Virus record (IMG/VR): IMGVR_UViG_3300020045_001604
Span: 9,788-73,787 of that record
Direction: 5' to 3' (one strand)
DNA length: 64,000 bases
Source of the DNA: a virus
Taxonomy: Duplodnaviria; Caudoviricetes
The notes under the pieces: model-generated
What the model saw: the letters and a program-made list of their open reading frames with translations, nothing else
Database searches by the model: none
What the model was told of the DNA's origin: nothing
Translations under genes and position numbers: made by a program
In this document: piece by piece, positions 54,607-64,000 of the stretch
Layout: each line of letters opens with the position of its first letter
Position numbering within the stretch: the first letter of the stretch is position 1

Positions 54607-57051
54607 CTATCTAGGCTCGAATTCAGCTAAATCAAACCCATCTAAACTATCCTCTGTAGACTCAAAGTTCATAGGAGGAAGGTTATTTTTTCTTTGATCG
54701 ATAAGCTTAGATTGTTGTGTATTCTGTAAGCTTATACGCTTATCTTTTGCTTCTTCTTTTAATTGCTCTTTAGTTTTGGTAGTTTCAAATTCAGCTCCTT
54801 TAAGCTGCATCTGCATTTGGAATTCCATCTGCATAAGCTCCATTTTCAATTGAGCCTCGCTCTTCATCTTCTCAATTTCATAAGCAACTTCTGCCTGCTT
54901 AATCTGCATTTTAGACTGAGTCTCAGCCTGTATATTTTGCATTGCTGTTTGAGCTGCCATTTGCTGTGACTGCATTTGAATCTGCCCTTGCATTTGTTGC
55001 TTGGCTTGTTCGTTCTTTTGCAGTTGCTCTTCTTTTTTCTTTCTCTTAAGTTTAAGCAACTGATTAGCTAGCTTAAGATTTCTCATCTCTCTAATATCAA
55101 TCGCGTCCTCTAAGTAAATAGAATCACGAGATAACGCCAAACTAATATTTTGTTCTAACTGAGCCTTTTCTTCTTCGTCAGGAGATACTTCTATAAAGAT
55201 TCCAAAGTCATAGATGTATAGATCCTTAATCTCGTCTAATATACCTACGTTATATTTACCAATTTGATTGATAAACTCTTCTTTAAAATCAGAGTATTCT
55301 AAAATATCAGCTACTCTGTATGATATAGCTTCAGCTAATGATTTAGTAACAAATAAACTAGACTCTAGTATGTGTCTTGTAGCTGTATTTGAATTAAGAG
55401 CAGCTAACTTTTGAACACCTACTAATGAGTTAGGATCAGGATTCGATCCGTCTCTAGCCTCGTTTAATCCTGTTACGTCTCTAATCATGCTTAGGTAATG
55501 ATTATAACTAGCTACTAAACTAGATATTTTACCTTGTCCACTATTAGAGTTAAGTTCTTGAATTGGAACTCTAGCATTGTTGAATTCTCCATCTCCTGTG
55601 TAACTTCTACCAATTACACTACCCGTCTGGAAGTATAATCTCAATGCGTCTTCAGGATTGTATGCTGCCCCGTTACCTAAGTCAACCTCGTTAAGTCCGT
55701 CAGCGTCAATGAATACACCGTCAGGAACTACTTTAGCAATAACTTGTTGCAACTTCAAGTGTGTCATCTGAATTAAATCAGCAAAAGGAATCATTCTGCG
55801 AACCAATGATTCTTTTACGCCTTTATACATTCTTGGTGAGCAAGCTACATAATTAGGCAAAGCGTGTTGAACCGAAGATTGTGGGCGAACCATGTTTTTA
55901 GATTCTTCCCATTTCAAAATAATGCTACTTCCCAATACCATTATTCCATCATACCATACATCTATTGTTTTTTCAACCTTTTCATAGCCTCCTTCTTCCA
56001 TCATTTCAATAGACGGATTAAAGGTATCATCTTTCTTTGACATCCTTGTATTTCCGTTGTCGGTAATCTTCCTTTTATAAACTATTTTTTTGGTTGACTT
56101 ATAGTTAAAATAAAGCAATGACATCGTTTCATCGCGATACATTGAGTTATTATAATAGTTGTTTAGATTGTAGTAGTCATACCATGCCTGTGATTGCATG
56201 GCTACTTGTTTAATTTCTTCTTTGGTTATATCAGGTTTTATTTTATATAGTTCTGTTAATGGAAGGGTTTTAATCTCTCCAAAATAAAAACAATCCCTAT
56301 ACATTGGGTCTTCTGTATAAGAACTAATCCAATATTCAGGGTCAACATAAGACAAAACAACACCTGCACCTGGCTGAAACTCATGCTTTGCTACTCCAAC
56401 CCCTAAAGTAGTTTGGTCATAATCTACCCTTTTACGAATATCTGACCAATGGTTTTCTTCAAATATTGTATTTATAGCCTCTTCTTCTGCGATTTCTACG
56501 GCAGGTTTGAAGTTAAGTTGCATATACAAAGAAAGTTCTTCATCGGTATTAGGAAGTTCATCAGGATTCATAACAAAAGGATTAACCCCTGTTAGTTCGT
56601 GAACCTGATTAAGAACATCTTTGGCTACCATTTGACCTTCTATCATATCCTGATACTTGCTTCGCTTTGCTTGAGACATAGCATCAATAGCCGTTGCCTT
56701 TACTTTAAAAAGCCTGTCAGACATTCCATTTACTACTATATCAACAAATTTTGGAAGTATAGGCACAGGTGTCCAATCCAAATTTAAGTGAGATATATCA
56801 CCATCAACGGCTAATTCGTTTTTATATTTTTGAATGGGTTGCTCTCCTCTGGCATAAAGTCGTAATCTTCGGTATTCATCTAATTGACTATAATAACGAC
56901 ATGATGTCCCTTGACGATAGAACCAATCGTATTGGATGGCCGTTCCAATACTTAGCCCAAACTTTTCTGTTTTTTTCTCTGAATCAGGGACTAATTCAGT
57001 TGGGAATGGCATTTCAGGTATTAATACCTTTGGGATTTCGTCTTTGTTCAT
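54607..57051 (-). CDS. Portal protein (crAss-like type)
   Basis: LNLDWTPVPILPKFVDIVVNG motif; Gln-rich C-terminus; follows terminase. Confidence 0.85.
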   Translation of the reverse strand: MNKDEIPKVLIPEMPFPTELVPDSEKKTEKFGLSIGTAIQYDWFYRQGTSCRYYSQLDEYRRLRLYARGEQPIQKYKNELAVDGDISHLNLDWTPVPILPKFVDIVVNGMSDRLFKVKATAIDAMSQAKRSKYQDMIEGQMVAKDVLNQVHELTGVNPFVMNPDELPNTDEELSLYMQLNFKPAVEIAEEEAINTIFEENHWSDIRKRVDYDQTTLGVGVAKHEFQPGAGVVLSYVDPEYWISSYTEDPMYRDCFYFGEIKTLPLTELYKIKPDITKEEIKQVAMQSQAWYDYYNLNNYYNNSMYRDETMSLLYFNYKSTKKIVYKRKITDNGNTRMSKKDDTFNPSIEMMEEGGYEKVEKTIDVWYDGIMVLGSSIILKWEESKNMVRPQSSVQHALPNYVACSPRMYKGVKESLVRRMIPFADLIQMTHLKLQQVIAKVVPDGVFIDADGLNEVDLGNGAAYNPEDALRLYFQTGSVIGRSYTGDGEFNNARVPIQELNSNSGQGKISSLVASYNHYLSMIRDVTGLNEARDGSNPDPNSLVGVQKLAALNSNTATRHILESSLFVTKSLAEAISYRVADILEYSDFKEEFINQIGKYNVGILDEIKDLYIYDFGIFIEVSPDEEEKAQLEQNISLALSRDSIYLEDAIDIREMRNLKLANQLLKLKRKKKEEQLQKNEQAKQQMQGQIQMQSQQMAAQTAMQNIQAETQSKMQIKQAEVAYEIEKMKSEAQLKMELMQMEFQMQMQLKGAEFETTKTKEQLKEEAKDKRISLQNTQQSKLIDQRKNNLPPMNFESTEDSLDGFDLAEFEPR

Positions 57052-59285
57052 CTTAATATAGTGCTTTGAAAACCGTTATTGTCGTATCGTGCAATACTTA
57101 TGCTTATTTTATCTTGTTTTATTTCGGGTTGATAAAGGTTTTTCTGATTCGCCATTATCGCAAACCCTGAACTTATCGAAGCATCAAACTTTTCCCTGTC
57201 ATTTATATTAAATCCTGACCAATCTTCCAATGTTCTGTTAAATAACATTGAACCTATTTCTCCACCTGTACGGTATGTTTCTTGTGTATCAAATCCTATA
57301 TACTTTTCTATATAGGTTTGAATTGCTGTTGCGTGTGATTGTAAAACATCATCAGACGAACTTGGTATTCCCCCTAATTGCTTTTCGGTAACAGTAAGTT
57401 TTGCGTATGGCTTGTCGGGGCGATTCATAGAAAAAGGTCTGTATCCACTATTTTTAAAGTGATATAAAAGCCTTGTCCTATTACTTTCTATAAGTATTGG
57501 CATACTATAAAAGTGACAAGCCATCAATACTTCCTCAAAAAATATTTCTGCTGTTTGCGGTCTTGCGATATACTCTAAGAAAAAGCTATTTGTAGGGGCT
57601 TCATCAAAATGAAACTTGGTTAATCCGTGTAAAGAACCATTTGAGCCGCGACCTCCAACTACTGCATTTATATCGTACGGGTCACAGGCAAAACACCCTA
57701 AATGTTCATTTTGTGGATAAAATAAACCATTCTTTCTTGTTACTTTATTTTGCATCCCTGCTTTTGGTAGCCAACTTACTAAGAATCTGCCGTGTTTATC
57801 AGGTGTCCAAATGACCTTTGAAAAACGTACTCCATCTTCCCAATGAAAACTTCCTCTCGTTAAATGATGTTCCATAATAAGAGAATCATTATACGATATT
57901 TGGTCGTAGATTTTAGTTAGGTTAAATATAGACATTTGAGATTCGTCCCTGAAAGCATGGCTATATGTCCTTGGAAACTGCCTGTAAAACTCATTAAGTC
58001 CGTCAGGGTCATTTTTTAATCCTTCTACTTCTGCCTCCCAATAGTCTATTGCACCATTTTTTATCCATTTACCATCAATCCCCATAATAGGCTCGGAGGG
58101 TTTTCTTAAAACAGGCATACCGTATCGGTCAATAAAACCTTCCATATTCCACTCCATAGGAATAAACAGAGAATACAGGCCAGATTTAGTTTGTCCGTTT
58201 GCATTACGCTTAGTTACATCCGATTCGGATACCATTTTTTTAAACCCTGAACCTCCCTTTTTTTGGGCGTTTACAGTAGAACCCATACGGCACTTACCGA
58301 TTATCTTGCTTCCTATTCGTAAACAGGTTTTATGGATTCTCCAAACATTAATAATGTTTGCAGGGGCTAAAAGCTTACCTGCTTCATCAATAGATAAGTA
58401 CTTTAGTTTTTCCCCATCAAAGGCATTATCATCAGAACTACGATAACTTATAGATGTGTTTAGTCCTTCTGAACTTACATCAGAAGCAACAAACATATTT
58501 TTCTTTGTTATTTTAGTCGCAGGTACAGCATAGGATAAAACCGTTTTAGGCTTATCCATACCTTCCATTATTGGTTTAAAATAGAAAGGAAGATTAGTAT
58601 TTATAGGAACAACTTTTCGGGTAAACATTCCTTTAACATCTTCTAAGGTTTTAGAAAGTAATCCTATTTGTGAATCAGAAGCCAATGTCCCTATTTCTAT
58701 TGCATCTGTTGAAGCCTCAAATGAATGGCCTGAACGTCTGATTTTCGTATAGATTTGACCAAAACATCTTTCATCGGCAACACAAGCCTCCCAATGAATA
58801 TATTTTATACGGTTAGCTTCTCTAAAGTCAGGATACCCAACATCTATTTTAGAAGCCGTTAAATAGAACCAATGCGAACCTGTTAAGTATGTTGAAACTC
58901 CATTGTTTTTAAACCAAAAACCATACTTCCGATATTCAAATTGCTTTTCAATATAGGGTGTCCATTTGGATTTAAAAGTAGAAGGCATCTCATTCCATTG
59001 GTAAATAGATTTAATTCTCAATAGTTCACTTGCAGGGGCTTCTCTTTCCCAATATTGTTCTGACTTTTTATAACTTCTTTCAAATACTTCATCTTCCTCT
59101 AAAGGCAATGCAATCATCAATCCTTCGATAAGATATATTTCTCCAATTTGACCTGTCTTTGAAATTACCACTAAATCCCACTTTTCATTAAATCCATACT
59201 CCCATTTCTTAGCCTTGTTTAATTTGGCTATTTCATCTTTGGGGATGTAGTCATTAATGATTTTATATAGTGGTTTTTCGTTCAT
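57048..59285 (-). CDS. terL: Terminase large subunit
   Basis: KIRRSG.SF, DEAGK, GSTVN ATPase motifs; ACDPYD RNase H-like nuclease; D..ISSG. Confidence 0.9.
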   Translation of the reverse strand: MNEKPLYKIINDYIPKDEIAKLNKAKKWEYGFNEKWDLVVISKTGQIGEIYLIEGLMIALPLEEDEVFERSYKKSEQYWEREAPASELLRIKSIYQWNEMPSTFKSKWTPYIEKQFEYRKYGFWFKNNGVSTYLTGSHWFYLTASKIDVGYPDFREANRIKYIHWEACVADERCFGQIYTKIRRSGHSFEASTDAIEIGTLASDSQIGLLSKTLEDVKGMFTRKVVPINTNLPFYFKPIMEGMDKPKTVLSYAVPATKITKKNMFVASDVSSEGLNTSISYRSSDDNAFDGEKLKYLSIDEAGKLLAPANIINVWRIHKTCLRIGSKIIGKCRMGSTVNAQKKGGSGFKKMVSESDVTKRNANGQTKSGLYSLFIPMEWNMEGFIDRYGMPVLRKPSEPIMGIDGKWIKNGAIDYWEAEVEGLKNDPDGLNEFYRQFPRTYSHAFRDESQMSIFNLTKIYDQISYNDSLIMEHHLTRGSFHWEDGVRFSKVIWTPDKHGRFLVSWLPKAGMQNKVTRKNGLFYPQNEHLGCFACDPYDINAVVGGRGSNGSLHGLTKFHFDEAPTNSFFLEYIARPQTAEIFFEEVLMACHFYSMPILIESNRTRLLYHFKNSGYRPFSMNRPDKPYAKLTVTEKQLGGIPSSSDDVLQSHATAIQTYIEKYIGFDTQETYRTGGEIGSMLFNRTLEDWSGFNINDREKFDASISSGFAIMANQKNLYQPEIKQDKISISIARYDNNGFQSTILR

Positions 59286-59581
59286 TATTTAGCGTTCTTT
59301 TCAGCAAATCCAATAGAAGGTGTTTCTGCACCTTTCCCGTCTTGTAATTGCGTTTGCTCTGTATCTATTCTGGCAATCATTTCAAGAGCATCCATCATTG
59401 CTAATTTTTTAGCCATTACTGCATTTTTTAATCTATCTGCTGAAATATCTGTTGACGCTTCCCCCTCCTTGTCTCCTGAAATTATAGGCTCTTTAAGAAC
59501 TTTCACAAGTTCATCTACTCCAATTTTTGCAGCATCTATAATTTCCTGCTTATAATCTTCAGTGGTTTTTATTTCACTCAT
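59285..59581 (-). CDS. Putative terminase small subunit
   Basis: Helical 98 aa directly upstream of terL, TAATG-coupled. Confidence 0.5.
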   Translation of the reverse strand: MSEIKTTEDYKQEIIDAAKIGVDELVKVLKEPIISGDKEGEASTDISADRLKNAVMAKKLAMMDALEMIARIDTEQTQLQDGKGAETPSIGFAEKNAK

Positions 59582-60129
59582 ATTTTCGATACAATTGCGT
59601 GGTCGTACACTCGATATAATAATTCACCGTCTATTTTAAACTCGTATTCTGATTCAGGTTTGAAGATAACTCTATCTCCTTTATTCACTCCGTTCTTTTG
59701 TAGTGTACTATTTACAAACTTCATTTCACCGATTAAAGGCAAATATTCAGTTATCATGTTCGGTGATTTAATTGGTTTTACAAAACAATATCTGTCATGA
59801 CATTTCCAATCTCCTTCATTCCCATAAAGATAAAATAAGTCTTCGCCTACAAAGAATTGCATATCTCTAAAATGAGTTGACATACTTCGTCTTTTGCCGT
59901 CTGTATCACCATAGATTTTGAAAACATTATGATGAACGATTAGAATGTCTCCTTGTTTAATATCTCCTTTATAGCCGATTGGTGTTTCTAAAACTTTCGC
60001 TAAACGGTTAGCAACGGTATGGTCTTCCTCTGATGTCGAAGTTACAAAGTCCGCACCTCCAATTTTAACGATATTATCATACCGTCTGCCGTTATAAGGG
60101 GTAACTAAGAATTTATCAGGACTCTTCAT
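59578..60129 (-). CDS. GroES-fold-like protein (apparently duplicated domain)
   Basis: GDI..GD.L.VHHN and NKGDRVIF...SEYEF.IDGE.LYRV patterns. Confidence 0.5.
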   Translation of the reverse strand: MKSPDKFLVTPYNGRRYDNIVKIGGADFVTSTSEEDHTVANRLAKVLETPIGYKGDIKQGDILIVHHNVFKIYGDTDGKRRSMSTHFRDMQFFVGEDLFYLYGNEGDWKCHDRYCFVKPIKSPNMITEYLPLIGEMKFVNSTLQKNGVNKGDRVIFKPESEYEFKIDGELLYRVYDHAIVSKI

Positions 60130-60376
60130 AATCTATGTAGTATTCAATACTAATGGGAATTTGTTTTGTAAACTCTTTCCACAGTAACACTTCTTTATTT
60201 TTCCCCTCAATATACACTACAATATTTCCGCTTACTTCCTCTTGCTGAATTGAAACTATGGAATACTCATCATTCAAAACAGTCTGTCCTGTTTTATAAG
60301 TCATTCCTGTTTTATAGTCTAATCCAGTACATATTTTTCGTATAATTGAGTTCGGTTTTTGCACTATTTTCAACAA
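60116..60376 (-). CDS. Hypothetical protein, first gene of the packaging operon
   Basis: ORF track; GTG/TTG-type start. Confidence 0.6.
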   Translation of the reverse strand: MLKIVQKPNSIIRKICTGLDYKTGMTYKTGQTVLNDEYSIVSIQQEEVSGNIVVYIEGKNKEVLLWKEFTKQIPISIEYYIDYEES

Positions 60377-60464
60377 AAATAGAAACTATAAATCAAATAG
60401 TTATAAGATATTTTAAAATAAATTTGCATATATGTATAACAATAATGTATCTTTGTAAAACAAT

Positions 60465-60635
60465 ATGGCGAAAGAGATTATTGCATTTAGAATAGACCCT
60501 GCATTAAGGAAGCGATTAATAAAAATTGCTGATAAACAAAACAGGAATATTTCTAATATGATAGAAACTTTAATTCGTCAAGGAATAACTAAAAGTGAAA
60601 ACAAAGAATCCGATAGTAACAAGAACCAAAGTTGA
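60465..60635 (+). CDS. Ribbon-helix-helix (Arc/CopG-like) regulator, 56 aa (not in ORF track)
   Basis: MAKEIIAFRIDPALRKRLIKIADKQNRNISNMIETLIRQGI; TATCTTTG box at 60448-60455. Confidence 0.75.
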   Translation: MAKEIIAFRIDPALRKRLIKIADKQNRNISNMIETLIRQGITKSENKESDSNKNQS

Positions 60636-60730
60636 AAATATTAATCTTCAATTAATAGAAGAATATTTTAAAAAACAGATTCAATTACAAATCGGGGACA
60701 TAGAAACTAAATTAAGCGAGCATCAGTAAT

Positions 60731-60961
60731 ATGAAAAAAACAATTATAGCAGGAGTTGTATCTATTATACTTTTTATAAGTAGCCTTTACGTCCTTAATA
60801 ATATTTTAGTTAAAGAGGAAAATAAATATAAGGAGCATATGGGAGATGTTTTTATTTTAGAAAAAGATACACTTACTGTTACCGATTATTCTATATTAGA
60901 GGAAAATTTTACATTGTCTAATGGTAAAAAAGTTAATAAATCATTAATAATTAAAAAATGA
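60731..60961 (+). CDS. Membrane-anchored hypothetical protein
   Basis: N-terminal TM helix. Confidence 0.6.
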   Translation: MKKTIIAGVVSIILFISSLYVLNNILVKEENKYKEHMGDVFILEKDTLTVTDYSILEENFTLSNGKKVNKSLIIKK

Positions 60962-61188
60962 AAACAATAAAATTAGGAGAAATTAAGACCGTAGTCAACG
61001 ACAAGCGAAAGTTCGGCTCAAACGTAAATTACTACGCAACCTATATTAAATTTAAAGGAGATACTTGTGCAGTTCTTTTTACACTTGATGAATTAAAAAC
61101 GGCTATCAGTCGCAGTCAGGTTAATTTAGAAGATTTACCAAAGTTGAAAAAATCGTGGTTTCAAATGTTTTTAGATTGGTTTAAATAG
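60958..61188 (+). CDS. Hypothetical protein
   Basis: ORF track. Confidence 0.6.
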   Translation: MKTIKLGEIKTVVNDKRKFGSNVNYYATYIKFKGDTCAVLFTLDELKTAISRSQVNLEDLPKLKKSWFQMFLDWFK

Positions 61189-61826
61189 TGTTAATAAGTC
61201 TTTTGCATCCATCACGTTCCAGACCTGATAAATCCTTTCAGACTTATTCCGAATGGATAGCCTTATCTTCGGGTGAAATTAAGATTGAACATATCCCGTC
61301 ATTGGATAAATCAGACCCGAAATTACACGAATACAAGTTTAAAAACTCTATCATAAATAATAATACTTGTGTAGTTGAAGCTGCTAATTGTGCCGCCAAA
61401 GAATCCAAAGGTGATATAATATTATATCTCAGCGACGACTTCAAATGTCCTCAAAATTGGGATAAATTGATTGTGGAAAAGTTTGACGATATGACAATGC
61501 CAATGCTATTAAGGGTTGATGATTGCTTGCAAAGAATGGAAGCGGATGTAGTCACAATACCAATTATTAACAGGGAACTCTATAAAAAATTAGGATATTT
61601 TTTTAATCCCGACTTTAAATCTATGTTTGTTGACCAGCACTTATATCACGTTTGTAAAAACAATCATTGGGTACGAAGTGCTGCTGAATTAAAATTTCCT
61701 CACGAACACTATTGTAATGGAAAAGCAACCAAAGATGAAACCTATACTCGTTCAGAGGCTCATTGGGATTCAGGCAAAGCAATGTATCAAAAATATAAAA
61801 ACGCAGGATTTCCAATAAGATTATGA
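61188..61826 (+). CDS. GT-A fold (GT2-like) glycosyltransferase
   Basis: SLLHPSR.RP...A.N......GDII.YLSDD...W; F.SMFVD. Confidence 0.75.
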   Translation: MLISLLHPSRSRPDKSFQTYSEWIALSSGEIKIEHIPSLDKSDPKLHEYKFKNSIINNNTCVVEAANCAAKESKGDIILYLSDDFKCPQNWDKLIVEKFDDMTMPMLLRVDDCLQRMEADVVTIPIINRELYKKLGYFFNPDFKSMFVDQHLYHVCKNNHWVRSAAELKFPHEHYCNGKATKDETYTRSEAHWDSGKAMYQKYKNAGFPIRL

Positions 61827-62404
61827 AAAAATTATCAATACTTATACCATATACCAAAGACCGTAAAGATATGCTTGATGACTTGGTGGTTTCCCTTTGG
61901 TTGTCTTGTTCTCCCGAAAATGTTGATGATGTAGAAATATTAACCGATTCAAGGGAGCAACCTGTAAGTGTAGGTACAAAGCGTAATTCATTATTAGAAC
62001 GTGCAACAGGAGAATATGTGGCGTTTTTCGATTCGGACGATAAACCTTGCAATGATTATATTGATTTGCTTTTAAAGGCTATTGAATACAAGAAACCCGA
62101 TTGTTGTTCTTTGACGGGAATTATAACTATTGATGGTGGTAAGCCTGAAATATTTGAACATTCCATAAAATACAAGGCTTGGAAAACTAACGAACAAGCC
62201 AAGGAAGATGAAGTAAAATATGAAAGATACCCCAATCATTTGTCGTGTATTAAGTCATCAATAGCCAAACAATTTAAGTTCCCCGATAAAAACTTTGCTG
62301 AAGATAAAGCGTGGTCTGATTTAGTTTATCAAAGCGGACTTTTGAAAACCGAAGCATACATATCAGATATTTTATACTATTACACATACATTTCAAAAAA
62401 ATAA
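61823..62404 (+). CDS. GT2 glycosyltransferase
   Basis: LSILIP...R...VGTKRN.LLE.ATGEYVAFFDSDD. Confidence 0.85.
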   Translation: MKKLSILIPYTKDRKDMLDDLVVSLWLSCSPENVDDVEILTDSREQPVSVGTKRNSLLERATGEYVAFFDSDDKPCNDYIDLLLKAIEYKKPDCCSLTGIITIDGGKPEIFEHSIKYKAWKTNEQAKEDEVKYERYPNHLSCIKSSIAKQFKFPDKNFAEDKAWSDLVYQSGLLKTEAYISDILYYYTYISKK

Positions 62405-62530
62405 TGTCAGAAAACCAAGATACACCCGTTTTAAAAAAGGCTATTTCTTTTTCACTTTTTGGTTACGGAAAGCCCGATACACCTAATTGTTTTAGCCCTG
62501 TTTCATATTTAAGAGGTTTGTTAATGGCTT
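62404..62530 (+). pseudogene. Truncated 5' fragment of a glycan-related gene (41 codons)
   Basis: MSENQDTPVLKKAISFSLFGYGKPDTPNCFSPVSYLRGLLMA stop; TAATG-coupled to GT2; runs head-on into the minus-strand gene. Confidence 0.55.
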
Positions 62531-63157
62531 AACCCTATCTACTTCTTGATAGTTTATGTCATGGTCAAACTCACGATTAGCCATTAAGTGTGGGTGAAAA
62601 CTAATATAAAGAATAGGCTTGTGTTCTTTAAGAAAATCAATCATGGCCGGTATAACAAATTCCTCACCACCCTCAATATCCATTTTTACGAAGTCAACCT
62701 TTTCAATATCCTGTCGTTCTAATAAATCTTCGACTGTAACTGAACTAACAGATATACTTCCGTTATTATCTAATCTTGAACCTGAATGTCCAAATATTAA
62801 AGGGTTATAATGTTGTCCTGTTATTTTAGTTATCCCTGATTTATCCGAAATAGCAAAAGGCAAAACAATAACATTTTGTAAATTATTGGCTTCGATATTT
62901 TTAATACAGTTATAAAAAGCATGAGGGTCACACTCTAACCCATAAACCATTTTAACTTTATGTGCTGCATATAAAACGGTATGGCCTTCAAATGTTCCCA
63001 AATCAAGCATAGTCATTTCGGGAGTTAATAAAGTGGCAAAAACTTTAAATGTTTCTGATTCCCATATTCCACCGAAATAACTGTCTGTCCACCAACTTAA
63101 ATCAACATTGGTAGATTCTATTACTATCGGTATTCCGTTTTTTATTCCCCTAACCAT
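62492..63157 (-). CDS. FkbM-family SAM-dependent methyltransferase (C-terminus possibly artificial)
   Basis: MLDLGTFEG.T..YAA, GLECDP, VKMDIEGGE. Confidence 0.85.
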   Translation of the reverse strand: MVRGIKNGIPIVIESTNVDLSWWTDSYFGGIWESETFKVFATLLTPEMTMLDLGTFEGHTVLYAAHKVKMVYGLECDPHAFYNCIKNIEANNLQNVIVLPFAISDKSGITKITGQHYNPLIFGHSGSRLDNNGSISVSSVTVEDLLERQDIEKVDFVKMDIEGGEEFVIPAMIDFLKEHKPILYISFHPHLMANREFDHDINYQEVDRVKPLTNLLNMKQG

Positions 63158-63723
63158 GCTTTTACTTTATCTAATCCAAATGCCCAATGATGGAGATACC
63201 AAAGATTTCTTTTTGGGTCATATTTGTTATGTTCTAAACTTCTCCACCCGTCCTCAAATTTTATTAATTCAAATCCGAACATCTTACATAAATCTTCTGT
63301 GTCTTTATTCCATTTGTTAAATGGTGGTATAAAAATGCGAGAATCCACAAGACAACAACTTGCCATTATACTCATATCCTGACACTCCTTATCTAATAAC
63401 CTGTGGTCAACATGAAACAACCCATGAGAAGCCCTTTCTACATATTCAGGTATTTCAGGAATGCCCATTTTTTTAACTTCGTAAAAACCCTTATGTGCAG
63501 ATAATGCGGAAAAAATCTTTGGGAATACCCTTTGTTGATTATCGCTTGGAAACTTTGTCATATCAAAGACCAACGGACTTATCCCATAAATAATCCTACA
63601 ATCAGGGAAACGGGTCTTTAAATAAAAGGCAATATCATTTACTTCGTTCATTACAGAATTTACAGAAATATCATCGAAGCGAAAAACTACGTTTGGTGAG
63701 TTATAATTGTAAATACTATCCAT
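63142..63723 (-). CDS. NodB/polysaccharide-deacetylase-like (DUF2334-type) protein
   Basis: VFRFDDIS, ASHGLFH.DH, FIPPFNKWN. Confidence 0.65.
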   Translation of the reverse strand: MDSIYNYNSPNVVFRFDDISVNSVMNEVNDIAFYLKTRFPDCRIIYGISPLVFDMTKFPSDNQQRVFPKIFSALSAHKGFYEVKKMGIPEIPEYVERASHGLFHVDHRLLDKECQDMSIMASCCLVDSRIFIPPFNKWNKDTEDLCKMFGFELIKFEDGWRSLEHNKYDPKRNLWYLHHWAFGLDKVKAWLGE

Positions 63724-64000
63724 GCTTGTATTTAGAATAAAAATCTTCTACATAGGCTGACATCCATTCGGGAACAGAACCTAAAACACTTTCTATTGAC
63801 CTTTTAATCATTTTCCACTTTTCAGGAGAAGCTGGGTTGTTCGATTCGCAATGTATATCCCACTTGTCAGGTATGTTGTCATTCCAAGAGTACTCATGAG
63901 TAATAGGGTCAACTTTGATAGCGGCTCTATCAATCCTTCCTTTTGGTAATCCATTAACTAATCCACGTTCAATAAAAGTAAATTTGCTTTTATCTTTTAA
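63716..64000 (-). CDS. 3' end of a partial gene, probably glycosyltransferase-related
   Basis: Open frame from the window edge: ...GRIDRAA...WDIHC...YVEDFYSKYKHG stop; overlaps the next ATG. Confidence 0.6.
   Translation of the reverse strand, partial: LKDKSKFTFIERGLVNGLPKGRIDRAAIKVDPITHEYSWNDNIPDKWDIHCESNNPASPEKWKMIKRSIESVLGSVPEWMSAYVEDFYSKYKHG

Noticed and set aside
1-64000. Stop-codon reassignment (as in some crAss-like phages)
   Set aside because: Long genes are intact in code 11, and TAA, TAG and TGA all serve as stops

Overview
Large part of a tailed dsDNA phage genome of Bacteroidota (Flavobacteriia-like) type, with podovirus/crAss-like virion architecture. The host assignment rests on repeated TAnnTTTG (-7) promoter boxes, a DUF3127-type SSB, a BT4734/VirE-N primase-helicase and a Flavobacterium-type YfhL ferredoxin. 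Layout: (1) 0.7-12.5 kb, minus strand: tail fibre/adhesin, lysis genes, tiny basic proteins, GroES/GroEL, one real tRNA and two tRNA-like RNAs. (2) About 12.5-13.1 kb: non-coding strand switch with short repeats, an origin candidate. (3) 13.1-34.6 kb, plus strand: an early region punctuated by three hammerhead ribozymes and a tRNA-like element, arrays of small cassette-like ORFs, then recombination, replication and nucleotide-metabolism genes. (4) 34.6-60.4 kb, minus strand: ejection proteins, tail rings/muzzle, major capsid, scaffold, portal and terminase. (5) 60.4-64 kb: glycosyltransferase/methyltransferase cluster with an apparent rearrangement junction near 62.5 kb. The most interesting signals are the hammerhead-ORF-hammerhead-ORF-hammerhead array (possible protein-coding circular RNA), tRNA mimics with intact elbows but aberrant anticodon arms, a small-ORF array with a shared 23-24 nt junction, and an abrupt loss of GATC/CTAG inside the portal gene (mosaic or chimera). 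All family assignments come from motif recognition by eye; no searches were run.
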